Positions 29,121 to 43,862 of a stretch of 64,000 nt of DNA are shown in pieces; within the stretch, counting starts at the first letter, position 1, and each line of letters opens with the position of its first letter. The DNA is from Auanema rhodensis (lineage: Eukaryota; Animalia; Nematoda). The position numbers and the translations under genes were made by a program. The stretch covers positions 2,728,001 through 2,792,000 of the forward strand of contig OZ059899.1 in NCBI GenBank assembly GCA_964057225.1. Direction: 5' to 3'. Under the pieces are notes generated by a model. That model saw only the letters and a list, made by a program, of their open reading frames with translations, ran no database searches and was not told the origin of the DNA.

Positions 29121-32100
29121 TGAATAACATTGTCCATCGTCTTTGCCTTGAAAAAAGGAATCTAAAAACATTTACTTTTTGCTAAATTATTTTGAAATTT
29201 TTCGAAAAAATTTTTGTCAAAATGTTTTTGGAAGCAATGTTGAGTGTACATGGAAACTCAACATACACTAATGCATCATTTTTCAAACGATCATAACTAA
29301 TTTTTGTATTAAGCGTTTCTCAATGTAGTATAGTGCATTCGATGCGGATTTTTAAGCTGCGTCGATCTGTGTTATCAGAATTGCGCTAGCTTAAAAATGC
29401 ACCGAGATATCAACTGATATAAGTTCACACTTATATCCTCGATTTTCACCCTGAAGAATTAATTTTTTCGTTGAATAACATTGTCCATCGTCTTTGCCTT
29501 GAAAAATGGAATCTAAAAACATCTACTTTTTGCTAAATTATTTTGAAATTTTTCGAAAAAATTTTTGTCAAAATGTTTTTGGAAGCAATGTTGAGTGTAC
29601 ATGGAAACTCAACATACACTAACGCATCATTTTTCAAACGATCATAACTAATTTTTGTATCGAGCGTTTCTCAATGTAGTATAGTGCATTCTATGCGGAT
29701 TTTTAAGCTGCGTCGATTTGTGTTATCAGATTTGCGCTAGCTTAAAAATGCACCGAGATATCAACTGATATAAGTTCACACTTATATCCTCGATTTTCAC
29801 CCTGAAGAATTAATTTTTTCGTTGAATAACATTGTCTATCGTCTTTGCCTTGAAAAATGGAATCCAAAAACATCTACTTTTTGCTAAATTATTTTGAAAT
29901 TTTTCGAAAAAATTTTTGTCAAAATGTTTTTGGAAGCAATGTTGAGTGTACATGGAAACTCAACATACACTAATGCATCATTTTTCAAACGATCATAACT
30001 AATTTTTGTATTAAGCGTTTCTCAATGTAGTATAGTGCATTCGATGCGGATTTTTAAGCTGCGTCGATCTGTGTTATCAGAATTGCGCTAGCTTAAAAAT
30101 GCACCGAGATATCAACTGATATAAGTTCACACTTATATCCTCGATTTTCACCCTGAAGAATTAATTTTTTCGTTGAATAACATTGTCCATCGTCTTTGCC
30201 TTGAAAAATGGAATCTAAAAACATCTACTTTTTGCTAAATTATTTTGAAATTTTTCGAAAAAATTTTTGTCAAAATGTTTTTGGAAGCAATGTTGAGTGT
30301 ACATGGAAACTCAACATACACTAATGCATCATTTTTCAAACGATCATAACTAATTTTTGTATCAAGCGTTTCTCAATGTAGTATAGTGCATTCTATGCGG
30401 ATTTTTAAGCTGCGTCGATTTGTGTTATCAGATTTGCGCTAGCTTAAAAATGCACCGAGATATCAACTGATATAAGTTCACACTTATATCCTCGATTTTC
30501 ACCCTGAAGAATTAATTTTTTCGTTGAATAACATTGTCTATCGTCTTTGCCTTGAAAAATGGAATCTAAAAACATCTACTTTTTGCTAAATTATTTTGAA
30601 ATTTTTCGAAAAAATTTTTGTCAAAATGTTTTTGGAAGCAATGTTGAGTGTACATGGAAACTCAACATACACTAATGCATCATTTTTCAAACGATCATAA
30701 CTAATTTTTGTATTAAGCGTTTCTCAATGTAGTATAGTGTATTCGATGCGGATTTTTAAGCTGCGTCGATCTGTGTTATCAGAATTGCGCTAGCTTAAAA
30801 ATGCACCGAGATATCAACTGATATAAGTTCACACTTATATCCTCGATTTTCACCCTGAAGAATTAATTTTTTCGTTGAATAACATTGTCCATCGTCTTTG
30901 CCTTGAAAAATGGAATCTAAAAACATCTACTTTTTGCTAAATTATTTTGAAATTTTTCGAAAAAATTTTTGTCAAAATGTTTTTGGAAGCAATGTTGAGT
31001 GTACATGGAAACTCAACATACACTAATGCATCATTTTTCAAACGATCATAACTAATTTTTGTATTAAGCGTTTCTCAATGTAGTATAGTGCATTCGATGC
31101 GGATTTTTAAGCTGCGTCGATCTGTGTTATCAGAATTGCGCTAGCTTAAAAATGCACCGAGATATCAACTGATATAAGTTCACACTTATATCCTCGATTT
31201 TCACCCTGAAGAATTAATTTTTTCGTTGAATAACATTGTCCATCGTCTTTGCCTTGAAAAATGGAATCTAAAAACATCTACTTTTTGCTAAATTATTTTG
31301 AAATTTTTCGAAAAAATTTTTGTCAAAATGTTTTTGGAAGCAATGTTGAGTGTACATGGAAACTCAACATACACTAATGCATCATTTTTCAAACGATCAT
31401 AACTAATTTTTGTATTAAGCGTTTCTCAATGTAGTATAGTGCATTCGATGCGGATTTTTAAGCTGCGTCGATCTGTGTTATCAGATTTGCGCTAGCTTAA
31501 AAATGCACCGAGATATCAACTGATATAAGTTCACACTTATATCCTCGATTTTCACCCTGAAGAATTAATTTTTTCGTTGAATAACATTGTCCATCGTCTT
31601 TGCCTTGAAAAATGGAATCTAAAAACATCTACTTTTTGCTAAATTATTTTGAAATTTTTCGAAAAAATTTTTGTCAAAATGTTTTTGGAAGCAATGTTGA
31701 GTGTACATGCAAAATCAACATACACTAATGCATCATTTTTCAAACGATCATAACTAATTTTTGTATCAAGCGTTTTTCAATGTAGTATAGTGCATTCGAT
31801 GCGGATTTTTAAGCTGCGTCGATCTGTGTTATCAGATTTGCGCTAGCTTAAAAATGCACCGAGATATCAACTGATATAAGTTCACACTTATATCCTCGAT
31901 TTTCACCCTGAAGAATTAATTTTTTCGTTGAATAACATTGTCTATCGTCTTTGCCTTGAAAAATGGAATCTAAAAACATCTACTTTTTGCTAAATTATTT
32001 TGAAATTTTTCGAAAAAATTTTTGTCAAAATGTTTTTGGAAGCAATGTTGAGTGTACATGGAAACTCAACATACACTAATGCATCATTTTTCAAACGATC

Positions 32101-35100
32101 ATAACTAATTTTTGTATTAAGCGTTTCTCAATGTAGTATAGTGCATTCGATGCGGATTTTTAAGCTGCGTCGATCTGTGTTATCAGATTTGCGCTAGCTT
32201 AAAAATGCACCGAGATATCAACTGATATAAGTTCACACTTATATCCTCGATTTTCAACCTGAAGAATTAATTTTTTCGTTGAATAACATTGTCCATCGTC
32301 TTTGCCTTGAAAAAAGGAATCTAAAAACATTTACTTTTTGCTAAATTATTTTGAAATTTTTCGAAAAAATTTTTGTCAAAATGTTTTTGGAAGCAATGTT
32401 GAGTGTACATGGAAACTCAACATACACTAATGCATCATTTTTCAAACGATCATAACTAATTTTTGTATTAAGCGTTTCTCAATGTAGTATAGTGCATTCG
32501 ATGCGGATTTTTAAGCTGCGTCGATCTGTGTTATCAGATTTGCGCTAGCTTAAAAATGCACCGAGATATCAACTGATATAAGTTCACACTTATATCCTCG
32601 ATTTTCACCCTGAAGAATTAATTTTTTCGTTGAATAACATTGTCTATCGTCTTTGCCTTGAAAAATGGAATCTAAAAACATCTACTTTTTGCTAAATTAT
32701 TTTGAAATTTTTCGAAAAAATTTTTGTCAAAATGTTTTTGGAAGCAATGTTGAGTGTACATGGAAACTCAACATACACTAACGCATCATTTTTCAAACGA
32801 TCATAACTAATTTTTGTATCAAGCGTTTCTCAATGTAGTATAGTGCATTCTATGCGGATTTTTAAGCTGCGTCGATTTGTGTTATCAGATTTGCGCTAGC
32901 TTAAAAATGCACCGAGATATCAACTGATATAAGTTCACACTTATATCCTCGATTTTCACCCTGAAGAATTAATTTTTTCGTTGAATAACATTGTCTATCG
33001 TCTTTGCCTTGAAAAATGGAATCCAAAAACATCTACTTTTTGCTAAATTATTTTGAAATTTTTCGAAAAAATTTTTGTCAAAATGTTTTTGGAAGCAATG
33101 TTGAGTGTACATGGAAACTCAACATACACTAATGCATCATTTTTCAAACGATCATAACTAATTTTTGTATTAAGCGTTTCTCAATGTAGTATAGTGCATT
33201 CGATGCGGATTTTTAAGCTGCGTCGATCTGTGTTATCAGAATTGCGCTAGCTTAAAAATGCACCGAGATATCAACTGATATAAGTTCACACTTATATCCT
33301 CGATTTTCACCCTGAAGAATTAATTTTTTCGTTGAATAACATTGTCCATCGTCTTTGCCTTGAAAAATGGAATCTAAAAACATCTACTTTTTGCTAAATT
33401 ATTTTGAAATTTTTCGAAAAAATTTTTGTCAAAATGTTTTTGGAAGCAATGTTGAGTGTACATGGAAACTCAACATACACTAATGCATCATTTTTCAAAC
33501 GATCATAACTAATTTTTGTATTAAGCGTTTCTCAATGTAGTATAGTGCATTCGATGCGGATTTTTAAGCTGCGTCGATCTGTGTTATCAGATTTGCGCTA
33601 GCTTAAAAATGCACCGAGATATCAACTGATATAAGTTCACACTTATATCCTCGATTTTCAACCTGAAGAATTAATTTTTTCGTTGAATAACATTGTCCAT
33701 CGTCTTTGCCTTGAAAAAAGGAATCTAAAAACATCTACTTTTTGCTAAATTATTTTGAAATTTTTCGAAAAAATTTTTGTCAAAATGTTTTTGGAAGCAA
33801 TGTTGAGTGTACATGGAAACTCAACATACACTAATGCATCATTTTTCAAACGATCATAACTAATTTTTGTATTAAGCGTTTCTCAATGTAGTATAGTGCA
33901 TTCGATGCGGATTTTTAAGCTGCGTCGATCTGTGTTATCAGAATTGCGCTAGCTTAAAAATGCACCGAGATATCAACTGATATAAGTTCACACTTATATC
34001 CTCGATTTTCACCCTGAAGAATTAATTTTTTCGTTGAATAACATTGTCCATCGTCTTTGCCTTGAAAAATGGAATCTAAAAACATCTACTTTTTGCTAAA
34101 TTATTTTGAAATTTTTCGAAAAAATTTTTGTCAAAATGTTTTTGGAAGCAATGTTGAGTGTACATGGAAACTCAACATACACTAATGCATCATTTTTCAA
34201 ACGATCATAACTAATTTTTGTATTAAGCGTTTCTCAATGTAGTATAGTGCATTCGATGCGGATTTTTAAGCTGCGTCGATCTGTGTTATCAGATTTGCGC
34301 TAGCTTAAAAATGCACCGAGATATCAACTGATATAAGTTCACACTTATATCCTCGATTTTCACCCTGAAGAATTAATTTTTTCGTTGAATAACATTGTCC
34401 ATCGTCTTTGCCTTGAAAAAAGGAATCTAAAAACATTTACTTTTTGCTAAATTATTTTGAAATTTTTCGAAAAAATTTTTGTCAAAATGTTTTTGGAAGC
34501 AATGTTGAGTGTACATGGAAACTCAACATACACTAATGCATCATTTTTCAAACGATCATAACTAATTTTTGTATTAAGCGTTTCTCAATGTAGTATAGTG
34601 CATTCGATGCGGATTTTTAAGCTGCGTCGATCTGTGTTATCAGAATTGCGCTAGCTTAAAAATGCACCGAGATATCAACTGATATAAGTTCACACTTATA
34701 TCCTCGATTTTCACCCTGAAGAATTAATTTTTTCGTTGAATAACATTGTCCATCGTCTTTGCCTTGAAAAATGGAATCTAAAAACATCTACTTTTTGCTA
34801 AATTATTTTGAAATTTTTCGAAAAAATTTTTGTCAAAATGTTTTTGGAAGCAATGTTGAGTGTACATGGAAACTCAACATACACTAACGCATCATTTTTC
34901 AAACGATCATAACTAATTTTTGTATCGAGCGTTTCTCAATGTAGTATAGTGCATTCTATGCGGATTTTTAAGCTGCGTCGATTTGTGTTATCAGATTTGC
35001 GCTAGCTTAAAAATGCACCGAGATATCAACTGATATAAGTTCACACTTATATCCTCGATTTTCACCCTGAAGAATTAATTTTTTCGTTGAATAACATTGT

Positions 35101-38100
35101 CTATCGTCTTTGCCTTGAAAAATGGAATCCAAAAACATCTACTTTTTGCTAAATTATTTTGAAATTTTTCGAAAAAATTTTTGTCAAAATGTTTTTGGAA
35201 GCAATGTTGAGTGTACATGGAAACTCAACATACACTAATGCATCATTTTTCAAACGATCATAACTAATTTTTGTATTAAGCGTTTCTCAATGTAGTATAG
35301 TGCATTCGATGCGGATTTTTAAGCTGCGTCGATCTGTGTTATCAGAATTGCGCTAGCTTAAAAATGCACCGAGATATCAACTGATATAAGTTCACACTTA
35401 TATCCTCGATTTTCACCCTGAAGAATTAATTTTTTCGTTGAATAACATTGTCCATCGTCTTTGCCTTGAAAAATGGAATCTAAAAACATCTACTTTTTGC
35501 TAAATTATTTTGAAATTTTTCGAAAAAATTTTTGTCAAAATGTTTTTGGAAGCAATGTTGAGTGTACATGGAAACTCAACATACACTAATGCATCATTTT
35601 TCAAACGATCATAACTAATTTTTGTATCAAGCGTTTCTCAATGTAGTATAGTGCATTCTATGCGGATTTTTAAGCTGCGTCGATTTGTGTTATCAGATTT
35701 GCGCTAGCTTAAAAATGCACCGAGATATCAACTGATATAAGTTCACACTTATATCCTCGATTTTCACCCTGAAGAATTAATTTTTTCGTTGAATAACATT
35801 GTCTATCGTCTTTGCCTTGAAAAATGGAATCTAAAAACATCTACTTTTTGCTAAATTATTTTGAAATTTTTCGAAAAAATTTTTGTCAAAATGTTTTTGG
35901 AAGCAATGTTGAGTGTACATGGAAACTCAACATACACTAATGCATCATTTTTCAAACGATCATAACTAATTTTTGTATTAAGCGTTTCTCAATGTAGTAT
36001 AGTGTATTCGATGCGGATTTTTAAGCTGCGTCGATCTGTGTTATCAGAATTGCGCTAGCTTAAAAATGCACCGAGATATCAACTGATATAAGTTCACACT
36101 TATATCCTCGATTTTCACCCTGAAGAATTAATTTTTTCGTTGAATAACATTGTCCATCGTCTTTGCCTTGAAAAATGGAATCTAAAAACATCTACTTTTT
36201 GCTAAATTATTTTGAAATTTTTCGAAAAAATTTTTGTCAAAATGTTTTTGGAAGCAATGTTGAGTGTACATGGAAACTCAACATACACTAATGCATCATT
36301 TTTCAAACGATCATAACTAATTTTTGTATTAAGCGTTTCTCAATGTAGTATAGTGCATTCGATGCGGATTTTTAAGCTGCGTCGATCTGTGTTATCAGAA
36401 TTGCGCTAGCTTAAAAATGCACCGAGATATCAACTGATATAAGTTCACACTTATATCCTCGATTTTCACCCTGAAGAATTAATTTTTTCGTTGAATAACA
36501 TTGTCCATCGTCTTTGCCTTGAAAAATGGAATCTAAAAACATCTACTTTTTGCTAAATTATTTTGAAATTTTTCGAAAAAATTTTTGTCAAAATGTTTTT
36601 GGAAGCAATGTTGAGTGTACATGGAAACTCAACATACACTAATGCATCATTTTTCAAACGATCATAACTAATTTTTGTATTAAGCGTTTCTCAATGTAGT
36701 ATAGTGCATTCGATGCGGATTTTTAAGCTGCGTCGATCTGTGTTATCAGATTTGCGCTAGCTTAAAAATGCACCGAGATATCAACTGATATAAGTTCACA
36801 CTTATATCCTCGATTTTCACCCTGAAGAATTAATTTTTTCGTTGAATAACATTGTCCATCGTCTTTGCCTTGAAAAATGGAATCTAAAAACATCTACTTT
36901 TTGCTAAATTATTTTGAAATTTTTCGAAAAAATTTTTGTCAAAATGTTTTTGGAAGCAATGTTGAGTGTACATGCAAAATCAACATACACTAATGCATCA
37001 TTTTTCAAACGATCATAACTAATTTTTGTATCAAGCGTTTTTCAATGTAGTATAGTGCATTCGATGCGGATTTTTAAGCTGCGTCGATCTGTGTTATCAG
37101 ATTTGCGCTAGCTTAAAAATGCACCGAGATATCAACTGATATAAGTTCACACTTATATCCTCGATTTTCACCCTGAAGAATTAATTTTTTCGTTGAATAA
37201 CATTGTCTATCGTCTTTGCCTTGAAAAATGGAATCTAAAAACATCTACTTTTTGCTAAATTATTTTGAAATTTTTCGAAAAAATTTTTGTCAAAATGTTT
37301 TTGGAAGCAATGTTGAGTGTACATGGAAACTCAACATACACTAATGCATCATTTTTCAAACGATCATAACTAATTTTTGTATTAAGCGTTTCTCAATGTA
37401 GTATAGTGCATTCGATGCGGATTTTTAAGCTGCGTCGATCTGTGTTATCAGATTTGCGCTAGCTTAAAAATGCACCGAGATATCAACTGATATAAGTTCA
37501 CACTTATATCCTCGATTTTCAACCTGAAGAATTAATTTTTTCGTTGAATAACATTGTCCATCGTCTTTGCCTTGAAAAAAGGAATCTAAAAACATTTACT
37601 TTTTGCTAAATTATTTTGAAATTTTTCGAAAAAATTTTTGTCAAAATGTTTTTGGAAGCAATGTTGAGTGTACATGGAAACTCAACATACACTAATGCAT
37701 CATTTTTCAAACGATCATAACTAATTTTTGTATTAAGCGTTTCTCAATGTAGTATAGTGCATTCGATGCGGATTTTTAAGCTGCGTCGATCTGTGTTATC
37801 AGATTTGCGCTAGCTTAAAAATGCACCGAGATATCAACTGATATAAGTTCACACTTATATCCTCGATTTTCACCCTGAAGAATTAATTTTTTCGTTGAAT
37901 AACATTGTCTATCGTCTTTGCCTTGAAAAATGGAATCTAAAAACATCTACTTTTTGCTAAATTATTTTGAAATTTTTCGAAAAAATTTTTGTCAAAATGT
38001 TTTTGGAAGCAATGTTGAGTGTACATGGAAACTCAACATACACTAACGCATCATTTTTCAAACGATCATAACTAATTTTTGTATCAAGCGTTTCTCAATG

Positions 38101-41100
38101 TAGTATAGTGCATTCTATGCGGATTTTTAAGCTGCGTCGATTTGTGTTATCAGATTTGCGCTAGCTTAAAAATGCACCGAGATATCAACTGATATAAGTT
38201 CACACTTATATCCTCGATTTTCACCCTGAAGAATTAATTTTTTCGTTGAATAACATTGTCTATCGTCTTTGCCTTGAAAAATGGAATCCAAAAACATCTA
38301 CTTTTTGCTAAATTATTTTGAAATTTTTCGAAAAAATTTTTGTCAAAATGTTTTTGGAAGCAATGTTGAGTGTACATGGAAACTCAACATACACTAATGC
38401 ATCATTTTTCAAACGATCATAACTAATTTTTGTATTAAGCGTTTCTCAATGTAGTATAGTGCATTCGATGCGGATTTTTAAGCTGCGTCGATCTGTGTTA
38501 TCAGAATTGCGCTAGCTTAAAAATGCACCGAGATATCAACTGATATAAGTTCACACTTATATCCTCGATTTTCACCCTGAAGAATTAATTTTTTCGTTGA
38601 ATAACATTGTCCATCGTCTTTGCCTTGAAAAATGGAATCTAAAAACATCTACTTTTTGCTAAATTATTTTGAAATTTTTCGAAAAAATTTTTGTCAAAAT
38701 GTTTTTGGAAGCAATGTTGAGTGTACATGGAAACTCAACATACACTAATGCATCATTTTTCAAACGATCATAACTAATTTTTGTATCAAGCGTTTCTCAA
38801 TGTAGTATAGTGCATTCTATGCGGATTTTTAAGCTGCGTCGATTTGTGTTATCAGATTTGCGCTAGCTTAAAAATGCACCGAGATATCAACTGATATAAG
38901 TTCACACTTATATCCTCGATTTTCACCCTGAAGAATTAATTTTTTCGTTGAATAACATTGTCTATCGTCTTTGCCTTGAAAAATGGAATCTAAAAACATC
39001 TACTTTTTGCTAAATTATTTTGAAATTTTTCGAAAAAATTTTTGTCAAAATGTTTTTGGAAGCAATGTTGAGTGTACATGGAAACTCAACATACACTAAT
39101 GCATCATTTTTCAAACGATCATAACTAATTTTTGTATTAAGCGTTTCTCAATGTAGTATAGTGCATTCGATGCGGATTTTTAAGCTGCGTCGATCTGTGT
39201 TATCAGATTTGCGCTAGCTTAAAAATGCACCGAGATATCAACTGATATAAGTTCACACTTATATCCTCGATTTTCAACCTGAAGAATTAATTTTTTCGTT
39301 GAATAACATTGTCCATCGTCTTTGCCTTGAAAAAAGGAATCTAAAAACATTTACTTTTTGCTAAATTATTTTGAAATTTTTCGAAAAAATTTTTGTCAAA
39401 ATGTTTTTGGAAGCAATGTTGAGTGTACATGGAAACTCAACATACACTAATGCATCATTTTTCAAACGATCATAACTAATTTTTGTATTAAGCGTTTCTC
39501 AATGTAGTATAGTGCATTCGATGCGGATTTTTAAGCTGCGTCGATCTGTGTTATCAGATTTGCGCTAGCTTAAAAATGCACCGAGATATCAACTGATATA
39601 AGTTCACACTTATATCCTCGATTTTCACCCTGAAGAATTAATTTTTTCGTTGAATAACATTGTCCATCGTCTTTGCCTTGAAAAATGGAATCTAAAAACA
39701 TCTACTTTTTGCTAAATTATTTTGAAATTTTTCGAAAAAATTTTTGTCAAAATGTTTTTGGAAGCAATGTTGAGTGTACATGGAAACTCAACATACACTA
39801 ATGCATCATTTTTCAAACGATCATAACTAATTTTTGTATTAAGCGTTTCTCAATGTAGTATAGTGCATTCGATGCGGATTTTTAAGCTGCGTCGATCTGT
39901 GTTATCAGATTTGCGCTAGCTTAAAAATGCACCGAGATATCAACTGATATAAGTTCACACTTATATCCTCGATTTTCACCCTGAAGAATTAATTTTTTCG
40001 TTGAATAACATTGTCCATCGTCTTTGCCTTGAAAAATGGAATCTAAAAACATCTACTTTTTGCTAAATTATTTTGAAATTTTTCGAAAAAATTTTTGTCA
40101 AAATGTTTTTGGAAGCAATGTTGAGTGTACATGCAAAATCAACATACACTAATGCATCATTTTTCAAACGATCATAACTAATTTTTGTATCAAGCGTTTT
40201 TCAATGTAGTATAGTGCATTCGATGCGGATTTTTAAGCTGCGTCGATCTGTGTTATCAGATTTGCGCTAGCTTAAAAATGCACCGAGATATCAACTGATA
40301 TAAGTTCACACTTATATCCTCGATTTTCACCCTGAAGAATTAATTTTTTCGTTGAATAACATTGTCTATCGTCTTTGCCTTGAAAAATGGAATCTAAAAA
40401 CATCTACTTTTTGCTAAATTATTTTGAAATTTTTCGAAAAAATTTTTGTCAAAATGTTTTTGGAAGCAATGTTGAGTGTACATGGAAACTCAACATACAC
40501 TAATGCATCATTTTTCAAACGATCATAACTAATTTTTGTATTAAGCGTTTCTCAATGTAGTATAGTGCATTCGATGCGGATTTTTAAGCTGCGTCGATCT
40601 GTGTTATCAGATTTGCGCTAGCTTAAAAATGCACCGAGATATCAACTGATATAAGTTCACACTTATATCCTCGATTTTCAACCTGAAGAATTAATTTTTT
40701 CGTTGAATAACATTGTCCATCGTCTTTGCCTTGAAAAAAGGAATCTAAAAACATTTACTTTTTGCTAAATTATTTTGAAATTTTTCGAAAAAATTTTTGT
40801 CAAAATGTTTTTGGAAGCAATGTTGAGTGTACATGGAAACTCAACATACACTAATGCATCATTTTTCAAACGATCATAACTAATTTTTGTATTAAGCGTT
40901 TCTCAATGTAGTATAGTGCATTCGATGCGGATTTTTAAGCTGCGTCGATCTGTGTTATCAGATTTGCGCTAGCTTAAAAATGCACCGAGATATCAACTGA
41001 TATAAGTTCACACTTATATCCTCGATTTTCACCCTGAAGAATTAATTTTTTCGTTGAATAACATTGTCTATCGTCTTTGCCTTGAAAAATGGAATCTAAA

Positions 41101-43862
41101 AACATCTACTTTTTGCTAAATTATTTTGAAATTTTTCGAAAAAATTTTTGTCAAAATGTTTTTGGAAGCAATGTTGAGTGTACATGGAAACTCAACATAC
41201 ACTAACGCATCATTTTTCAAACGATCATAACTAATTTTTGTATCAAGCGTTTCTCAATGTAGTATAGTGCATTCTATGCGGATTTTTAAGCTGCGTCGAT
41301 TTGTGTTATCAGATTTGCGCTAGCTTAAAAATGCACCGAGATATCAACTGATATAAGTTCACACTTATATCCTCGATTTTCACCCTGAAGAATTAATTTT
41401 TTCGTTGAATAACATTGTCTATCGTCTTTGCCTTGAAAAATGGAATCCAAAAACATCTACTTTTTGCTAAATTATTTTGAAATTTTTCGAAAAAATTTTT
41501 GTCAAAATGTTTTTGGAAGCAATGTTGAGTGTACATGGAAACTCAACATACACTAATGCATCATTTTTCAAACGATCATAACTAATTTTTGTATTAAGCG
41601 TTTCTCAATGTAGTATAGTGCATTCGATGCGGATTTTTAAGCTGCGTCGATCTGTGTTATCAGAATTGCGCTAGCTTAAAAATGCACCGAGATATCAACT
41701 GATATAAGTTCACACTTATATCCTCGATTTTCACCCTGAAGAATTAATTTTTTCGTTGAATAACATTGTCCATCGTCTTTGCCTTGAAAAATGGAATCTA
41801 AAAACATCTACTTTTTGCTAAATTATTTTGAAATTTTTCGAAAAAATTTTTGTCAAAATGTTTTTGGAAGCAATGTTGAGTGTACATGGAAACTCAACAT
41901 ACACTAATGCATCATTTTTCAAACGATCATAACTAATTTTTGTATCAAGCGTTTCTCAATGTAGTATAGTGCATTCTATGCGGATTTTTAAGCTGCGTCG
42001 ATTTGTGTTATCAGATTTGCGCTAGCTTAAAAATGCACCGAGATATCAACTGATATAAGTTCACACTTATATCCTCGATTTTCACCCTGAAGAATTAATT
42101 TTTTCGTTGAATAACATTGTCTATCGTCTTTGCCTTGAAAAATGGAATCTAAAAACATCTACTTTTTGCTAAATTATTTTGAAATTTTTCGAAAAAATTT
42201 TTGTCAAAATGTTTTTGGAAGCAATGTTGAGTGTACATGGAAACTCAACATACACTAATGCATCATTTTTCAAACGATCATAACTAATTTTTGTATTAAG
42301 CGTTTCTCAATGTAGTATAGTGCATTCGATGCGGATTTTTAAGCTGCGTCGATCTGTGTTATCAGATTTGCGCTAGCTTAAAAATGCACCGAGATATCAA
42401 CTGATATAAGTTCACACTTATATCCTCGATTTTCAACCTGAAGAATTAATTTTTTCGTTGAATAACATTGTCCATCGTCTTTGCCTTGAAAAAAGGAATC
42501 TAAAAACATTTACTTTTTGCTAAATTATTTTGAAATTTTTCGAAAAAATTTTTGTCAAAATGTTTTTGGAAGCAATGTTGAGTGTACATGGAAACTCAAC
42601 ATACACTAATGCATCATTTTTCAAACGATCATAACTAATTTTTGTATTAAGCGTTTCTCAATGTAGTATAGTGCATTCGATGCGGATTTTTAAGCTGCGT
42701 CGATCTGTGTTATCAGATTTGCGCTAGCTTAAAAATGCACCGAGATATCAACTGATATAAGTTCACACTTATATCCTCGATTTTCACCCTGAAGAATTAA
42801 TTTTTTCGTTGAATAACATTGTCTATCGTCTTTGCCTTGAAAAATGGAATCTAAAAACATCTACTTTTTGCTAAATTATTTTGAAATTTTTCGAAAAAAT
42901 TTTTGTCAAAATGTTTTTGGAAGCAATGTTGAGTGTACATGGAAACTCAACATACACTAACGCATCATTTTTCAAACGATCATAACTAATTTTTGTATCA
43001 AGCGTTTCTCAATGTAGTATAGTGCATTCTATGCGGATTTTTAAGCTGCGTCGATTTGTGTTATCAGATTTGCGCTAGCTTAAAAATGCACCGAGATATC
43101 AACTGATATAAGTTCACACTTATATCCTCGATTTTCACCCTGAAGAATTAATTTTTTCGTTGAATAACATTGTCTATCGTCTTTGCCTTGAAAAATGGAA
43201 TCCAAAAACATCTACTTTTTGCTAAATTATTTTGAAATTTTTCGAAAAAATTTTTGTCAAAATGTTTTTGGAAGCAATGTTGAGTGTACATGGAAACTCA
43301 ACATACACTAATGCATCATTTTTCAAACGATCATAACTAATTTTTGTATTAAGCGTTTCTCAATGTAGTATAGTGCATTCGATGCGGATTTTTAAGCTGC
43401 GTCGATCTGTGTTATCAGAATTGCGCTAGCTTAAAAATGCACCGAGATATCAACTGATATAAGTTCACACTTATATCCTCGATTTTCACCCTGAAGAATT
43501 AATTTTTTCGTTGAATAACATTGTCCATCGTCTTTGCCTTGAAAAATGGAATCTAAAAACATCTACTTTTTGCTAAATTATTTTGAAATTTTTCGAAAAA
43601 ATTTTTGTCAAAATGTTTTTGGAAGCAATGTTGAGTGTACATGGAAACTCAACATACACTAATGCATCATTTTTCAAACGATCATAACTAATTTTTGTAT
43701 CAAGCGTTTCTCAATGTAGTATAGTGCATTCTATGCGGATTTTTAAGCTGCGTCGATTTGTGTTATCAGATTTGCGCTAGCTTAAAAATGCACCGAGATA
43801 TCAACTGATATAAGTTCACACTTATATCCTCGATTTTCACCCTGAAGAATTAATTTTTTCGT
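29121..43862. repeat. Nested multi-monomer duplications at offsets of 15, 9 and 5 monomers
   Basis: The rare variant CATGCAAAATC is at 31710, 36975 (+5265) and 40134 (+3159). GAATCCAAAA is near 29865, 33024, 35130, 38289, 41448 and 43203. Confidence 0.85.
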
